A DNA stretch of 64,000 nucleotides from a virus. How positions within the stretch are numbered: position 1 is the first letter of the stretch; the number at the start of each line of letters is the position of its first letter. Below are positions 8,927 through 17,718 of this stretch, in pieces. Under the pieces are notes generated by a model. It had not been told where the DNA came from. It ran no database searches and saw only the letters and a list, made by a program, of their open reading frames with translations. Made by a program: the position numbers and the translations under genes. Where the stretch lies: the IMG/VR virus record IMGVR_UViG_3300025131_009354, positions 11,611 through 75,610 of that record, one strand, 5' to 3'.

Positions 8927-9826
8927 ATGAGTCGTCAGAACCAATGTCACGCGTGCCATGGCTGGGGTCACAACCGTCGAGGCTGCCCACGCATTAAAGA
9001 ATCTCACGCCAAGGTGGAAGCCATGGCGAAGAAGTACGGGATCCCACTCCCCGCCAAAGATGAATATGTTTCCACACAGTGGATCAGCGATATCAATGCC
9101 GCCAATATGGCTGCGAACGGTAATGTCACCGACAGCAACGATGAGATCACCTACTCCGAGCGCTGGAATTGGGAAGAGATCGAAGGACGCAAGCGGGCAC
9201 AATCCCGAAAGAACGGACGTGGGCGTACCTGCGGCTTCTGCGGTGAGGGCGGACATAACTCTCGCACCTGCCCCGACAAGAAACAACACCGCAAGAACTG
9301 CGATGCGATGCAGGGACTTGCCCACCGAGTAGTTGCGACTTGTCTTGAAAAGGCTGGCATCGTCCCAGGCGCTCTGATGTACTACCGCGACTGGAGCTAT
9401 GAAACACGAGACTACACTCAAAGTTTTGCTCTCGTTCTGGGAGTTGACTGGAGTAAAATTGCTTCTCCTGGGCATGACTCCTCTCAGGGCCTGCCGCGAG
9501 GGTTCGAAGAGTGGTTCCGCGGCAGCTTCATTAAGGCGCGCATGTCTGATGGTAGTATGAAATACTTTCGTATTCCTTCGGATGTCCGCCAACAGAGCAA
9601 ACGTAATTACTCCGAAACGCGGGACGCGTACGAAGGCCTCACTAATCCTGTTCGAGGAGGAAAGCTCAACAAGGATAATGGGTGGATGGGCGAGAACGTT
9701 ACCCTTATTGATCCAGCATGCCATGGCATCTATCGCTGGTCGAAAGAAGGAATAGTGGACGAAGAGTTGCAACCTGTTATTGAAAAACTGATCAGTGATG
9801 CCGGCAGTAAGTGGTCAGATGTCTAG
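8927..9826 (+). CDS. protein with two CCHC zinc knuckles
   Basis: CHACHGWGHNRRGC and CGFCGEGGHNSRTC (C-x2-C-x4-H-x4-C). Confidence 0.75.
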   Translation: MSRQNQCHACHGWGHNRRGCPRIKESHAKVEAMAKKYGIPLPAKDEYVSTQWISDINAANMAANGNVTDSNDEITYSERWNWEEIEGRKRAQSRKNGRGRTCGFCGEGGHNSRTCPDKKQHRKNCDAMQGLAHRVVATCLEKAGIVPGALMYYRDWSYETRDYTQSFALVLGVDWSKIASPGHDSSQGLPRGFEEWFRGSFIKARMSDGSMKYFRIPSDVRQQSKRNYSETRDAYEGLTNPVRGGKLNKDNGWMGENVTLIDPACHGIYRWSKEGIVDEELQPVIEKLISDAGSKWSDV

Positions 9827-9986
9827 GAGATGGACAAAAGATGATTAAATATTTATTGTATTTCTTTTGCCGGCCTCAACGTCCAGTTCGTGCAAAACAC
9901 ATTCAACTCCATGCTTCCGCTGATTATCTGTAGAACTATACGACATTCAGTCTATGTGTTACTCTTGGTAAAGAGGAGAGCACAAC

Positions 9987-10277
9987 ATGACTGACAAGAC
10001 CAGCGATGCACCAGAAGAAGAGCCCGGCGAAGATGAGGAAGAGCCTAAGTCGCCGCCTAAGCTTCTAGACTTTAATGAAGATACCTTTGACGCAATCTTC
10101 GAAACAATTCAGAGGATTGGTATGCAGACTATTGAAAATCAACAGATTCTTCGTTCTCTCTATACTACTGTGTCAAACCTAGAGCTTGCCTTTGCAGAAC
10201 TACATGCCATGGCGACAAAAGACCACCAGCGTCTTGACCGCCTAGAGGGCGGATCAAAGGACGTGGGAGAGGAATAA
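9987..10277 (+). CDS. acidic coiled-coil hypothetical protein
   Basis: GAGGAG SD, 96 aa. Confidence 0.55.
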   Translation: MTDKTSDAPEEEPGEDEEEPKSPPKLLDFNEDTFDAIFETIQRIGMQTIENQQILRSLYTTVSNLELAFAELHAMATKDHQRLDRLEGGSKDVGEE

Positions 10278-10540
10278 GTATAGTTGTATCAGTGAAACTA
10301 TACACAAAACAAAAGATGGTGTAGAATTAATTGTTAGAGAAGGAGAAAATAATAGATAATTTGAAGGAAGGCACGATTTGGGAGGCGCTGAACCGCCCAG
10401 GTCGTATGGAAAAGGTTGTCAAGATTTTGCCGGATATGGTATATTATGAGAACCTTCAGAGCAGAGCGACGTTTTGTCGCCCAAGAGATAACTTTTTAAC
10501 CATGTATGAATATCGTCGGGAAACCGAACAGGAGAAAACA

Positions 10541-10720
10541 ATGATTAACAATGTGGCAGATAAATGGCAAGAACTGAAACTGCTGGTGGAGTCTTTGGAA
10601 GAGGACGTCCAAAAGAATGCAAGTGGCAACAAAGCAGCAGGCACCAGAGCACGCAAAGGATTACGCACTCTTAAAAGCACAGCTTCAGAGCTTGTGCGTC
10701 TTACTCTTGGGAAGGAATAA
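10541..10720 (+). CDS. histone H1-like Hc1 family protein (may also be made as an in-frame fusion from 10331)
   Basis: GNKAAGTRARKGLRTLK signature; own GGAGA SD before ATG 10541. Confidence 0.8.
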   Translation: MINNVADKWQELKLLVESLEEDVQKNASGNKAAGTRARKGLRTLKSTASELVRLTLGKE

Positions 10721-10721
10721 A

Positions 10722-11024
10722 ATGAAGCTCAAGCTCCACTGGTCTGAAAAGTTTGAAGTAGTGAGAGAATACCCACAGTTCACCCTTGATACTGAAGAGT
10801 TTCCGGAATTAGAACTAGAGATTCAGCAAGTCTGGACTGCACCTGACAAGGGAACTCAAGAAAAAGCATTAGCTGATCTTGAGTACAAGATGCATCATAC
10901 CGAGAAACGCGGAGAGACGATTATGCAGATTGTTGGCCCATGGAATGACTTTGATAAAGCTCAAGTATCCTCGCTAACAGAAGAGGAAGGATTCCTTAAG
11001 ATGTCAGCGGCGGAGGAAGAATAA
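10722..11024 (+). CDS. hypothetical protein
   Basis: ATG 10722 after AAGGA SD. Confidence 0.55.
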   Translation: MKLKLHWSEKFEVVREYPQFTLDTEEFPELELEIQQVWTAPDKGTQEKALADLEYKMHHTEKRGETIMQIVGPWNDFDKAQVSSLTEEEGFLKMSAAEEE

Positions 11025-11545
11025 TGGACTCGACAAAAAGTCATGTAAAGATTTATAATATTTCTCCTGAAGAGGCAGAGGATTTTGAGTTCGACTATGA
11101 TACAGAGACTAGTGACATCTTGACTGAACTTGTGCCTAACTTAGATGACTGGGGAGGTCTTGGGTGGATGGAGCTAGAAGAGTACGAATATAATCCTCAT
11201 GACAATACTATGCACCTCAGTTTGGAAACAAAGTGGGCATCACCTGTTCAGTGGTTGCAGTACGCTAGCAAAGGTACACACTATTTTGAGAATAGGCTCA
11301 TTACAATGTCTACCGTCCAAAAAGACGAAACCTGTGTTAATGGTGTCGCCATCATGGATGGAGAAGTGCTACAACAAAAGACTCTTTTCGAAATGGAGTC
11401 AGAAGAGGTCGGCAAATATTATAATGAAGGCCATCCGGATTATAATTTAGAAAGCCTGGATAATCAAATCTGGGATTCAATTGGAAAGTTCGTTAAAGTC
11501 TGCGAACAATTTTACCTTGAAGGGGATAAAGAAAATGACTACTAA
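11024..11545 (+). CDS. acidic hypothetical protein
   Basis: 173-aa ORF, ETKWASP motif. Confidence 0.6.
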   Translation: MDSTKSHVKIYNISPEEAEDFEFDYDTETSDILTELVPNLDDWGGLGWMELEEYEYNPHDNTMHLSLETKWASPVQWLQYASKGTHYFENRLITMSTVQKDETCVNGVAIMDGEVLQQKTLFEMESEEVGKYYNEGHPDYNLESLDNQIWDSIGKFVKVCEQFYLEGDKENDY

Positions 11546-12005
11546 CACAACCGTAAAGGGATCAACCGTCACTTTACATTATCGGGGTACTCTCGACGAT
11601 GGTACTGAGTTTGATAGCTCATATAACCGTGGCGAGCCGATGACAGTAACTGTCGGCGCTGGTCAACTTATTGAGGGTTTTGACTCGGCTCTTTCTGGCA
11701 TGGAGGAGGGCGATACCAAGACCTTTACCCTTCCCCCTGAAGAGGCTTACGGCGACAGGGACGAAGCCGCCACCACAAATCTAAGCCGCGGAGTATTCCC
11801 GGATGATTTTGAGTTTACTACCGGCATGACCGTACCATTGACTGGGCCTGGTGGGCAGCCTTTCCTCGCCACCATCACTGAGGTGACAGATGAAGAAGTT
11901 GTTGCTGATTTGAACCACCCAATGGCCGGAAAGAACCTCACCTTTGAGGTGGAAGTCTTGACAGTCGATACTACCGGTGATGGCGATGAGACTACTGCTA
12001 GCTAG
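11535..12005 (+). CDS. FKBP-type peptidyl-prolyl isomerase (SlyD/FkpB-like, with IF domain)
   Basis: VTLHYRGTLDDGTEFDSS, GQLIEGFD, PEEAYG, DLNHPMAGKNLTFEVEV. Confidence 0.93.
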   Translation: MTTNTTVKGSTVTLHYRGTLDDGTEFDSSYNRGEPMTVTVGAGQLIEGFDSALSGMEEGDTKTFTLPPEEAYGDRDEAATTNLSRGVFPDDFEFTTGMTVPLTGPGGQPFLATITEVTDEEVVADLNHPMAGKNLTFEVEVLTVDTTGDGDETTAS

Positions 12006-12109
12006 GATAACATTCTTCTTAGCTAGAGCCTTCCAGAGCAGGGGGATGCCAATTGGACAATGGTTCCAAAACAAGGGCATCCTCCTGCTTGTGGGAGTGA
12101 AGCATAAAC

Positions 12110-12442
12110 GTGATTAGTTTGCTTTTAGCAGTAGCTTTGGCTGCCCCAAACTACTATGCCAAGCGACCGCCGAGCAACCGCCAGGTTAGCACGAAAGCTT
12201 ATCAAATTGTGCAACTTCTCAGGAAACAAGATCGGCGCGTCTTAAAGCTGGTGATGTACCACATGGACTGGATACCAAAACTGAGGTACGACAGAGAAAA
12301 GAAGAAATACGACAGAGAGAAAAGAAGGCAGAAAAGCAAGAGACAACAACAGAAGGAACAATTGAACTCTTTTGATCAGTGGTATGTAGATATGCTGCTG
12401 GATATGGCCGGCGTTCCTAAACAACCAAGAGGTAGAAAATGA
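12110..12442 (+). CDS. secreted basic protein
   Basis: signal-peptide-like N-terminus, K/R-rich. Confidence 0.5.
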   Translation: MISLLLAVALAAPNYYAKRPPSNRQVSTKAYQIVQLLRKQDRRVLKLVMYHMDWIPKLRYDREKKKYDREKRRQKSKRQQQKEQLNSFDQWYVDMLLDMAGVPKQPRGRK

Positions 12443-12813
12443 AATATATTTTATTAGCAACAACTTTTATGGCAATCAGCGCATGTGCTAGCACTCCTCG
12501 GTCACCTTCTGAAGAGTGCTGCCAGCGCCTTGATGTTCGTACTCAAGAGATGCAAGAATTTAATCGCTTCTGCAAGGTACTCATCTTCGCCAAACGAACG
12601 AACAAGAACCCGGCAATCCAAGAGAGCATTGCCCGACGACTTGGAATATGCCGGTTTGTTTTTGGTGCTGAAAACAATACACAACTCTTGTCTGCTGGGC
12701 CGGATGACAACCTCTACAAGGTTCGGCATTTCTTAGACCAAGACCCCCCCGTAAATGGATGGCAGACTCCTCTTGACTGCGACCCATCAGAGCCAACATG
12801 CGAGGAGTTTTAA
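12439..12813 (+). CDS. Cys-rich lipoprotein (paralogue of 7113-7343)
   Basis: lipobox ISAC; ECCQRL...RFC...ICRFVFG. Confidence 0.6.
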   Translation: MKYILLATTFMAISACASTPRSPSEECCQRLDVRTQEMQEFNRFCKVLIFAKRTNKNPAIQESIARRLGICRFVFGAENNTQLLSAGPDDNLYKVRHFLDQDPPVNGWQTPLDCDPSEPTCEEF

Positions 12814-13056
12814 ATGGAGTACACATATCAATGCTCTTCATCCGGAAGCAGAAACAACAAGCTCAAATCAAGCTGCGAGTTCGAAGCAGTTCTTGGTGAG
12901 GGCCCTCACCATTGTCCGATTTGCGGAGCAGAACTAAGACTAGCTTCCACAGGAAAAACCGTATCGGAATTCCTGCAAGAAGGCCTCCGCAAATTCGAAG
13001 CCCAACAAGCAGCCAAAGCTAAAACCAAATCCAAAGGCACCAATAATAAAACATGA
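12814..13056 (+). CDS. zinc-ribbon protein
   Basis: YTYQC...C...CPICG. Confidence 0.55.
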   Translation: MEYTYQCSSSGSRNNKLKSSCEFEAVLGEGPHHCPICGAELRLASTGKTVSEFLQEGLRKFEAQQAAKAKTKSKGTNNKT

Positions 13057-13565
13057 ACATCGAAACCATAACATCCTTTCTTAGTATAGTACTAGTAGTA
13101 GTAACATGTGGCTTTATATTCAGTAAGCTAATAGGAGCCTTTACAGAGTTTGCCCTGCGAGTATTAAAGAACCAAGATGATAGAAGAGACGATGAATGGT
13201 AGAGAGAGCTAAGGAGTGTGAGATATGAATTCAGTAAAAGATTTTGTAGTGGTGTTTGCTCTTGCCTGCTTGCTTAACTTGGTGGTCTATGCTTGTGTGC
13301 TAGCGGTAGAGTAGATAGCTTTATTAGGCGTTTACAGTTTCGTTGACAAAATGGCAGCTAATGGCTGCAAAACTTGCACAGTTTGCAAGTGTATGATTTA
13401 TCGAATATTAATGTAATAATGATAGCGGTTCTCTAGCGTTATCAATGGCTTCAGTATTGGCTGCGATTGGCTGCGTTTGTGTGCGATTGGAAGAGATGGG
13501 CCTAATACATGAGTAATTAGGGGCAGTCAAGGGAAAAGAAAAAAGAGAATATAGTGCATTATTTA

Positions 13566-13600
13566 CTTGACCAGCAAGCCATATATGGTATTATAATGGT
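13566..13600 (+). promoter_or_regulatory. early sigma70-type promoter
   Basis: TTGACC(13567-72)-N16-TATTAT, TG extension, same architecture as 7723/8878. Confidence 0.78.
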
Positions 13601-13617
13601 ACGGAGAGATACTGACT

Positions 13618-14835
13618 ATGACCTTTGACCTCAAGCTACACGCCTACAGGCTTCTGATGGATGACCCGTTCTTTGCTGCGTTGTCCCGCAAGATTGAGAA
13701 GGTAGCTACGACTGCCATCCCTACTGCTGGTGTTCGGGTTGATCCCGAGACTGCTCAGTTTGAAATGGCTTACAACCCTGAGTTCTTTGCCAGCCTTCCG
13801 GAAGATCAGATCAAGGGTGTCCTCAAGCATGAGTTCTATCATCTGATCTTTGAGCATGTTACCAGCCGTAAGCCTGAGGGCGTTAACCCCAGGGCTTGGA
13901 ACATTGCTGCGGACTTGGCGATCAACAGCCACTTGGTTGGTGAACTGCCTGACAACTGTTGCATGCCTGGTGTTGCTCCCTTCGAAGATCTGCCTCTTCA
14001 TCAAACTGCTGAGTGGTATCTTGCCAACCTTCCCCAGCCGCCAGAAGGCTCCGAAGGTGAGAGCGGTTCGGGAGAAGGTGAAGGCGAAGAAGGCGGTGAC
14101 AGCGATGCCAGCGGTGAAGGCTCTGACAGCCCTGGCAACTTTGATGATCACTCTGGCTGGTCAGACGGCCAATCCGGAGAAGCTGCTGACGCTGCTAACC
14201 AAATGGCTAGAGAACGACTTAAGCAAGGCATGAAAGAAGCTGCCAAAGAAGCTGCTGAGTCTGCCAAGGGCTGGGGCTCGATGTCGCAGGGAGTAAAACA
14301 AGAAATTCTAAAGCGACTGGAAACTAAAGTAGATTGGAAGAAAGTGCTGAGGTACTTCATCAAGACTAGCCAGCGTGCTAGCCGTACTTCCAGCGTGAAG
14401 CGTATTAATAAGCGGTATGCTTATATCCATCCCGGCAAGAAGACTAAGCGCCAGGCAAAGATTGCTATTGCTATCGATCAGTCCGGCTCTGTCAGCAGTG
14501 ACATGCTTGAATCTTTCTTCGGAGAACTTAATAAGCTGGCAAAGCTGGCAGAGTTCACAGTCATTCCCTTCGATACTCAGGTGGATGAGAGCAAGGTATA
14601 CGTTTGGAAGAAGGGTCAGAACAAGAAGGCTGAGCGCGTACTGTGTGGCGGCACTTGCTTCGACGCTCCCACCAATTACGTGAATGATCAGAGCTTTGAC
14701 GGTGTCATTATTCTGACGGACATGGAAGCTCCTAAGCCTAAGCGCTGCAAAGCTCAGCGCATGTGGATGACTGACCGGCAAGGTGCTGCTCGTCCTTACT
14801 TCAAGACTAACGAGCGAGTGATTGCAATCGATTAA
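13618..14835 (+). CDS. DUF2201-type metallopeptidase plus vWA-like domain protein
   Basis: HEFYH zincin motif, WNIAADLAIN, acidic Gly/Ser linker, MIDAS DQSGS, GGTCF, ILTD. Confidence 0.88.
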   Translation: MTFDLKLHAYRLLMDDPFFAALSRKIEKVATTAIPTAGVRVDPETAQFEMAYNPEFFASLPEDQIKGVLKHEFYHLIFEHVTSRKPEGVNPRAWNIAADLAINSHLVGELPDNCCMPGVAPFEDLPLHQTAEWYLANLPQPPEGSEGESGSGEGEGEEGGDSDASGEGSDSPGNFDDHSGWSDGQSGEAADAANQMARERLKQGMKEAAKEAAESAKGWGSMSQGVKQEILKRLETKVDWKKVLRYFIKTSQRASRTSSVKRINKRYAYIHPGKKTKRQAKIAIAIDQSGSVSSDMLESFFGELNKLAKLAEFTVIPFDTQVDESKVYVWKKGQNKKAERVLCGGTCFDAPTNYVNDQSFDGVIILTDMEAPKPKRCKAQRMWMTDRQGAARPYFKTNERVIAID

Positions 14836-15042
14836 ACCCACGAGAAATTGTATAGTTTCCCAACATTCTGCTAAACTTTTAGGGAACAAAAGAAAGGAAT
14901 AGAATATGAATAAACTACTAACCCAATGGATGATCAACCATCCTGTCAAATATACAATGGCTTTCAGTTTATTGACTGCTGCCAACACTGCCCTGCTTCT
15001 CTACTATCTCAACCTCTAACTTTGCGGGAAAGAAATAAAAGA

Positions 15043-15213
15043 ATGAAACAACTAACACAACAACTGATAGAGTATGAACAGGGAGAGCTTAATGATAGCG
15101 AGACTATTGAACTCTTCCAGCAACTGGTTGACAGCGGACTTGCCTGGAACCTGCAAGGTCACTACGGTCGAGTAGCCTATGCAATGATTGAAGAAGGACT
15201 AATTAATACTTGA
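15043..15213 (+). CDS. conserved small phage protein
   Basis: YEQGEL...[20 protein letters not shown] motif recognised from phage hypothetical families. Confidence 0.65.
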   Translation: MKQLTQQLIEYEQGELNDSETIELFQQLVDSGLAWNLQGHYGRVAYAMIEEGLINT

Positions 15214-15238
15214 CAACAGTTGACTGCTGTGCTAGAAT
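15210..15238 (+). promoter_or_regulatory. sigma70-type promoter
   Basis: TTGACA-N17-TAGAAT with TG extension. Confidence 0.75.
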
Positions 15239-15394
15239 GACTGCCATGCCAGCCCCCCAAGGGGGGTACCCAGGCCATGCCCCCACCCCCCCAGGTATGT
15301 CCCTAGGGATTGACTACCCCTGGAAGCCGTGCTAAGGACATTCACAACGCGTAAGTAATTTTTCCAGATTTCAGTTTTAAGGAAGAAAGAAGAT

Positions 15395-15616
15395 ATGATT
15401 AAAGTGGGTGACATCGTATACCGAAGAAGAAGAAGAGGCTTTCTCCATGAATATCCTGATGTAGTTAAGAACAGCGTCGGACTAGTTATTAAAGAGTTGC
15501 TAGACAAAGGAGCGGTTCCTCAGTACTATGTCCACTTCGACGACAAAGAAAGACCTCTGTGGTATCTCCAGCATGACCTCCATAAAATCGGAGGAGAAAG
15601 AAAAAAACATGTTTAA
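15395..15616 (+). CDS. small SH3/KOW-like 'GDLV' family protein
   Basis: MIKVGDIVYR...VGLVI...YYVHF...DL. Confidence 0.65.
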   Translation: MIKVGDIVYRRRRRGFLHEYPDVVKNSVGLVIKELLDKGAVPQYYVHFDDKERPLWYLQHDLHKIGGERKKHV

Positions 15617-15857
15617 CTTTAGTACCAAGTGTAAAGAAATCGATAAAGAGAATAGTAACCTCTTTAGGGCAGCCACCCTACTTCAAGAGCTAGGAAACGA
15701 GCCAGGACTAACAACGGCTCAGTTTGCCCTCCAACTAGAGCGTCATGATATCCCAGCAGATGAATACGAGAATCTGTACCTGGCGGCCAAAGCAATTGAA
15801 ACGATGATGTCTCTTGACCTGCCATCAGAGTTTGCTAGCGAGCCAACCGTACATTAA
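15609..15857 (+). CDS. hypothetical protein
   Basis: ATG 15609 after GGAGGAG SD. Confidence 0.5.
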   Translation: MFNFSTKCKEIDKENSNLFRAATLLQELGNEPGLTTAQFALQLERHDIPADEYENLYLAAKAIETMMSLDLPSEFASEPTVH

Positions 15858-16063
15858 TGTGGAATCCAGGTGACCTTGTAGAAATTACAGACATCGCAGC
15901 CATGCCGGCTCTTATCGGCTCAGTCGGAATCATTGTTCGCAGACTAGGAGTCAACCCAAATGGAGGCGAGGATCATTTCTATGAAGTGGATGTCTCGTCA
16001 CATGGCTATCAAATCCTAATAGAAAAAGAGCTAAGATTAGTTCGGGAAGCAAATAAAAAATGA
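15857..16063 (+). CDS. small SH3/KOW-like 'GDLV' family protein
   Basis: MWNPGDLVEI...VGIIV...YEVDV...ELRLV. Confidence 0.65.
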   Translation: MWNPGDLVEITDIAAMPALIGSVGIIVRRLGVNPNGGEDHFYEVDVSSHGYQILIEKELRLVREANKK

Positions 16064-16260
16064 AAATTGGAGATTTAGTAGAATTCTCACTTGGCACTGT
16101 GCCGGGAGAAGTAGATGGCATTGGAGTATATGCCGGCAGTAGCGATAACGGTAAGCATAAGGTGCTATATGCCGGCAGGTCTTATGAACTACAGCCACAG
16201 TTCATTAATCTAATTTCTATAGTACGAAAGACCGGTGTAAATGATCCGGTAGACAATTAA
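16060..16260 (+). CDS. small SH3/KOW-like 'GDLV' family protein
   Basis: MKIGDLVEF...GIGVY...HKVLY. Confidence 0.65.
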   Translation: MKIGDLVEFSLGTVPGEVDGIGVYAGSSDNGKHKVLYAGRSYELQPQFINLISIVRKTGVNDPVDN

Positions 16261-16375
16261 AAACAAAGTCTAAAGTAGAAACCCGCGGAACATCATTAAT
16301 CCTTTCAGCACTTCGGTACCCCCCCTACACAACTCTTTAAAACTATTGTATAATCATAGGGGAGTATTTCAGTAT

Positions 16376-16564
16376 ATGTTAACTTTTCAAAAGGGTGATT
16401 TTATTGTTGAGCACTTAGGCGCGCGATCGCCTGCGTCGTTCGGCGTAGTGACCGGTATTCATGAGGGTGAGGTTATTTCTGTACGATTCCCTAGAGGAGA
16501 ATTTTACAGCTTTGCCAGCTATTGCCGGCATTATCAGGATTGGTTAGATGAACACAGATTTTAA
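16376..16564 (+). CDS. small SH3/KOW-like family protein
   Basis: FQKGDFIVE...FGVVT...VRF. Confidence 0.55.
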   Translation: MLTFQKGDFIVEHLGARSPASFGVVTGIHEGEVISVRFPRGEFYSFASYCRHYQDWLDEHRF

Positions 16565-16772
16565 AGTTGGCGACCTTGTACGGCGTAAGTCAGTTTCCAA
16601 AAAATTGACCAACAGGCCTTACACTGCTTTGCAAGAGTCAAACGATTTGGTACTTGTTGTCAACTCCCTGCCTGCTAGTAAAAGATTTTTTTATGGCAAT
16701 GTTTGTGGTACTGGTGATACACACCTTTGGAGCGTTGATCAATTTTACTTAGTCTCTAAGGGGTGCCCGTGA
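16548..16772 (+). CDS. small SH3/KOW-like 'GDLV' family protein
   Basis: FKVGDLVRR...LVLVV. Confidence 0.65.
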   Translation: MNTDFKVGDLVRRKSVSKKLTNRPYTALQESNDLVLVVNSLPASKRFFYGNVCGTGDTHLWSVDQFYLVSKGCP

Positions 16773-16972
16773 AACGTGGTGATGTAGTTGTCTTAAGGGC
16801 AGACAAGATTTACGAACGCTATGGAAAAGACGTTCCCTATTATCTTGTAGTTGAAAGATATGACCGCGACATCGTAAAGGTACATGATCCGGTTTCCAAA
16901 GAGATGACTGCTGTGCCCATTGATGACTTAATTTTGATTTCCTCAAATTGCGGGCATCAAAAAAATTTCTAA
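16763..16972 (+). CDS. small SH3/KOW-like family protein
   Basis: VKRGDVVVL...YLVV...DDLILI. Confidence 0.55.
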   Translation: MPVKRGDVVVLRADKIYERYGKDVPYYLVVERYDRDIVKVHDPVSKEMTAVPIDDLILISSNCGHQKNF

Positions 16973-16992
16973 GAAAAAATTTCGAGACTTAT

Positions 16993-17229
16993 ATGAACCC
17001 TACTTTAGATTTACATGGATATAAACATCATGAAGTACAAAATGCTGTGGCGAGATTCATCGAAGATTGGTTGGGCGAAGGTGTTTTCATTGATATTATT
17101 ACGGGACATAGCGAACAAATGGTTAAGGAGACGGTCAAAGTGATTCAATATTATGGTTTAGAATATATGACAGGGTTGCCTGAGCACTCTGGGAAAATTA
17201 GAGTGGTGCTGTACAATGACTATCATTAA
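16993..17229 (+). CDS. stand-alone Smr-domain protein
   Basis: PTLDLHG and IITGH signatures. Confidence 0.8.
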   Translation: MNPTLDLHGYKHHEVQNAVARFIEDWLGEGVFIDIITGHSEQMVKETVKVIQYYGLEYMTGLPEHSGKIRVVLYNDYH

Positions 17230-17370
17230 TTTTTTGATTTATGGTGTTGCTTGGATTGTAGTGAGTTTTGGATTAACTCTTTTTATTGCTTCGGCCTTCT
17301 TCGGAATTCCTAAAGAAATTAGTGAAGAAGAATATAATGACTTGCAAAGCAAGAAGGGAAGGTAAGCCAA

Positions 17371-17718
17371 ATGTTATATAACTCGTTGTTTTTATTGTTA
17401 TTTTCTACTTTTTTCAATCAAACATACCAACTCCGGCAAATTGAGTGCCCTCGATGGATGCCCGGTAGTAATGAAGTTTTACCCCAAGGTGTGGTACTTT
17501 CTCCCGCCCTAGAACTTCAAAATAAAGTAAGATGCTACTGTGAGGTTGTTAAGCGCAAAGAAAGGCAGTGTATTGCTCGGCATGTGCCTGCCTCTATTTG
17601 TAAGGAGCGTACTTCGGTATGGGTTGCTGACAATTTGTCACTTAAAAATAGCTTCCGGTTAGTGAACGGTGTTGCGCCGGCCCCGAGACGAGATAGGATG
17701 ATGAGTTTTGAACCGTAG
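17371..17718 (+). CDS. secreted Cys-rich hypothetical protein
   Basis: hydrophobic N-terminus, five Cys. Confidence 0.5.
   Translation: MLYNSLFLLLFSTFFNQTYQLRQIECPRWMPGSNEVLPQGVVLSPALELQNKVRCYCEVVKRKERQCIARHVPASICKERTSVWVADNLSLKNSFRLVNGVAPAPRRDRMMSFEP

Noticed and set aside
8723-9772. 349-aa minus-strand ORF and other long antisense ORFs (7735-8337, 14308-14988, 44963-45595)
   Set aside because: Shadow ORFs opposite well-supported + strand genes, with no recognisable motifs.
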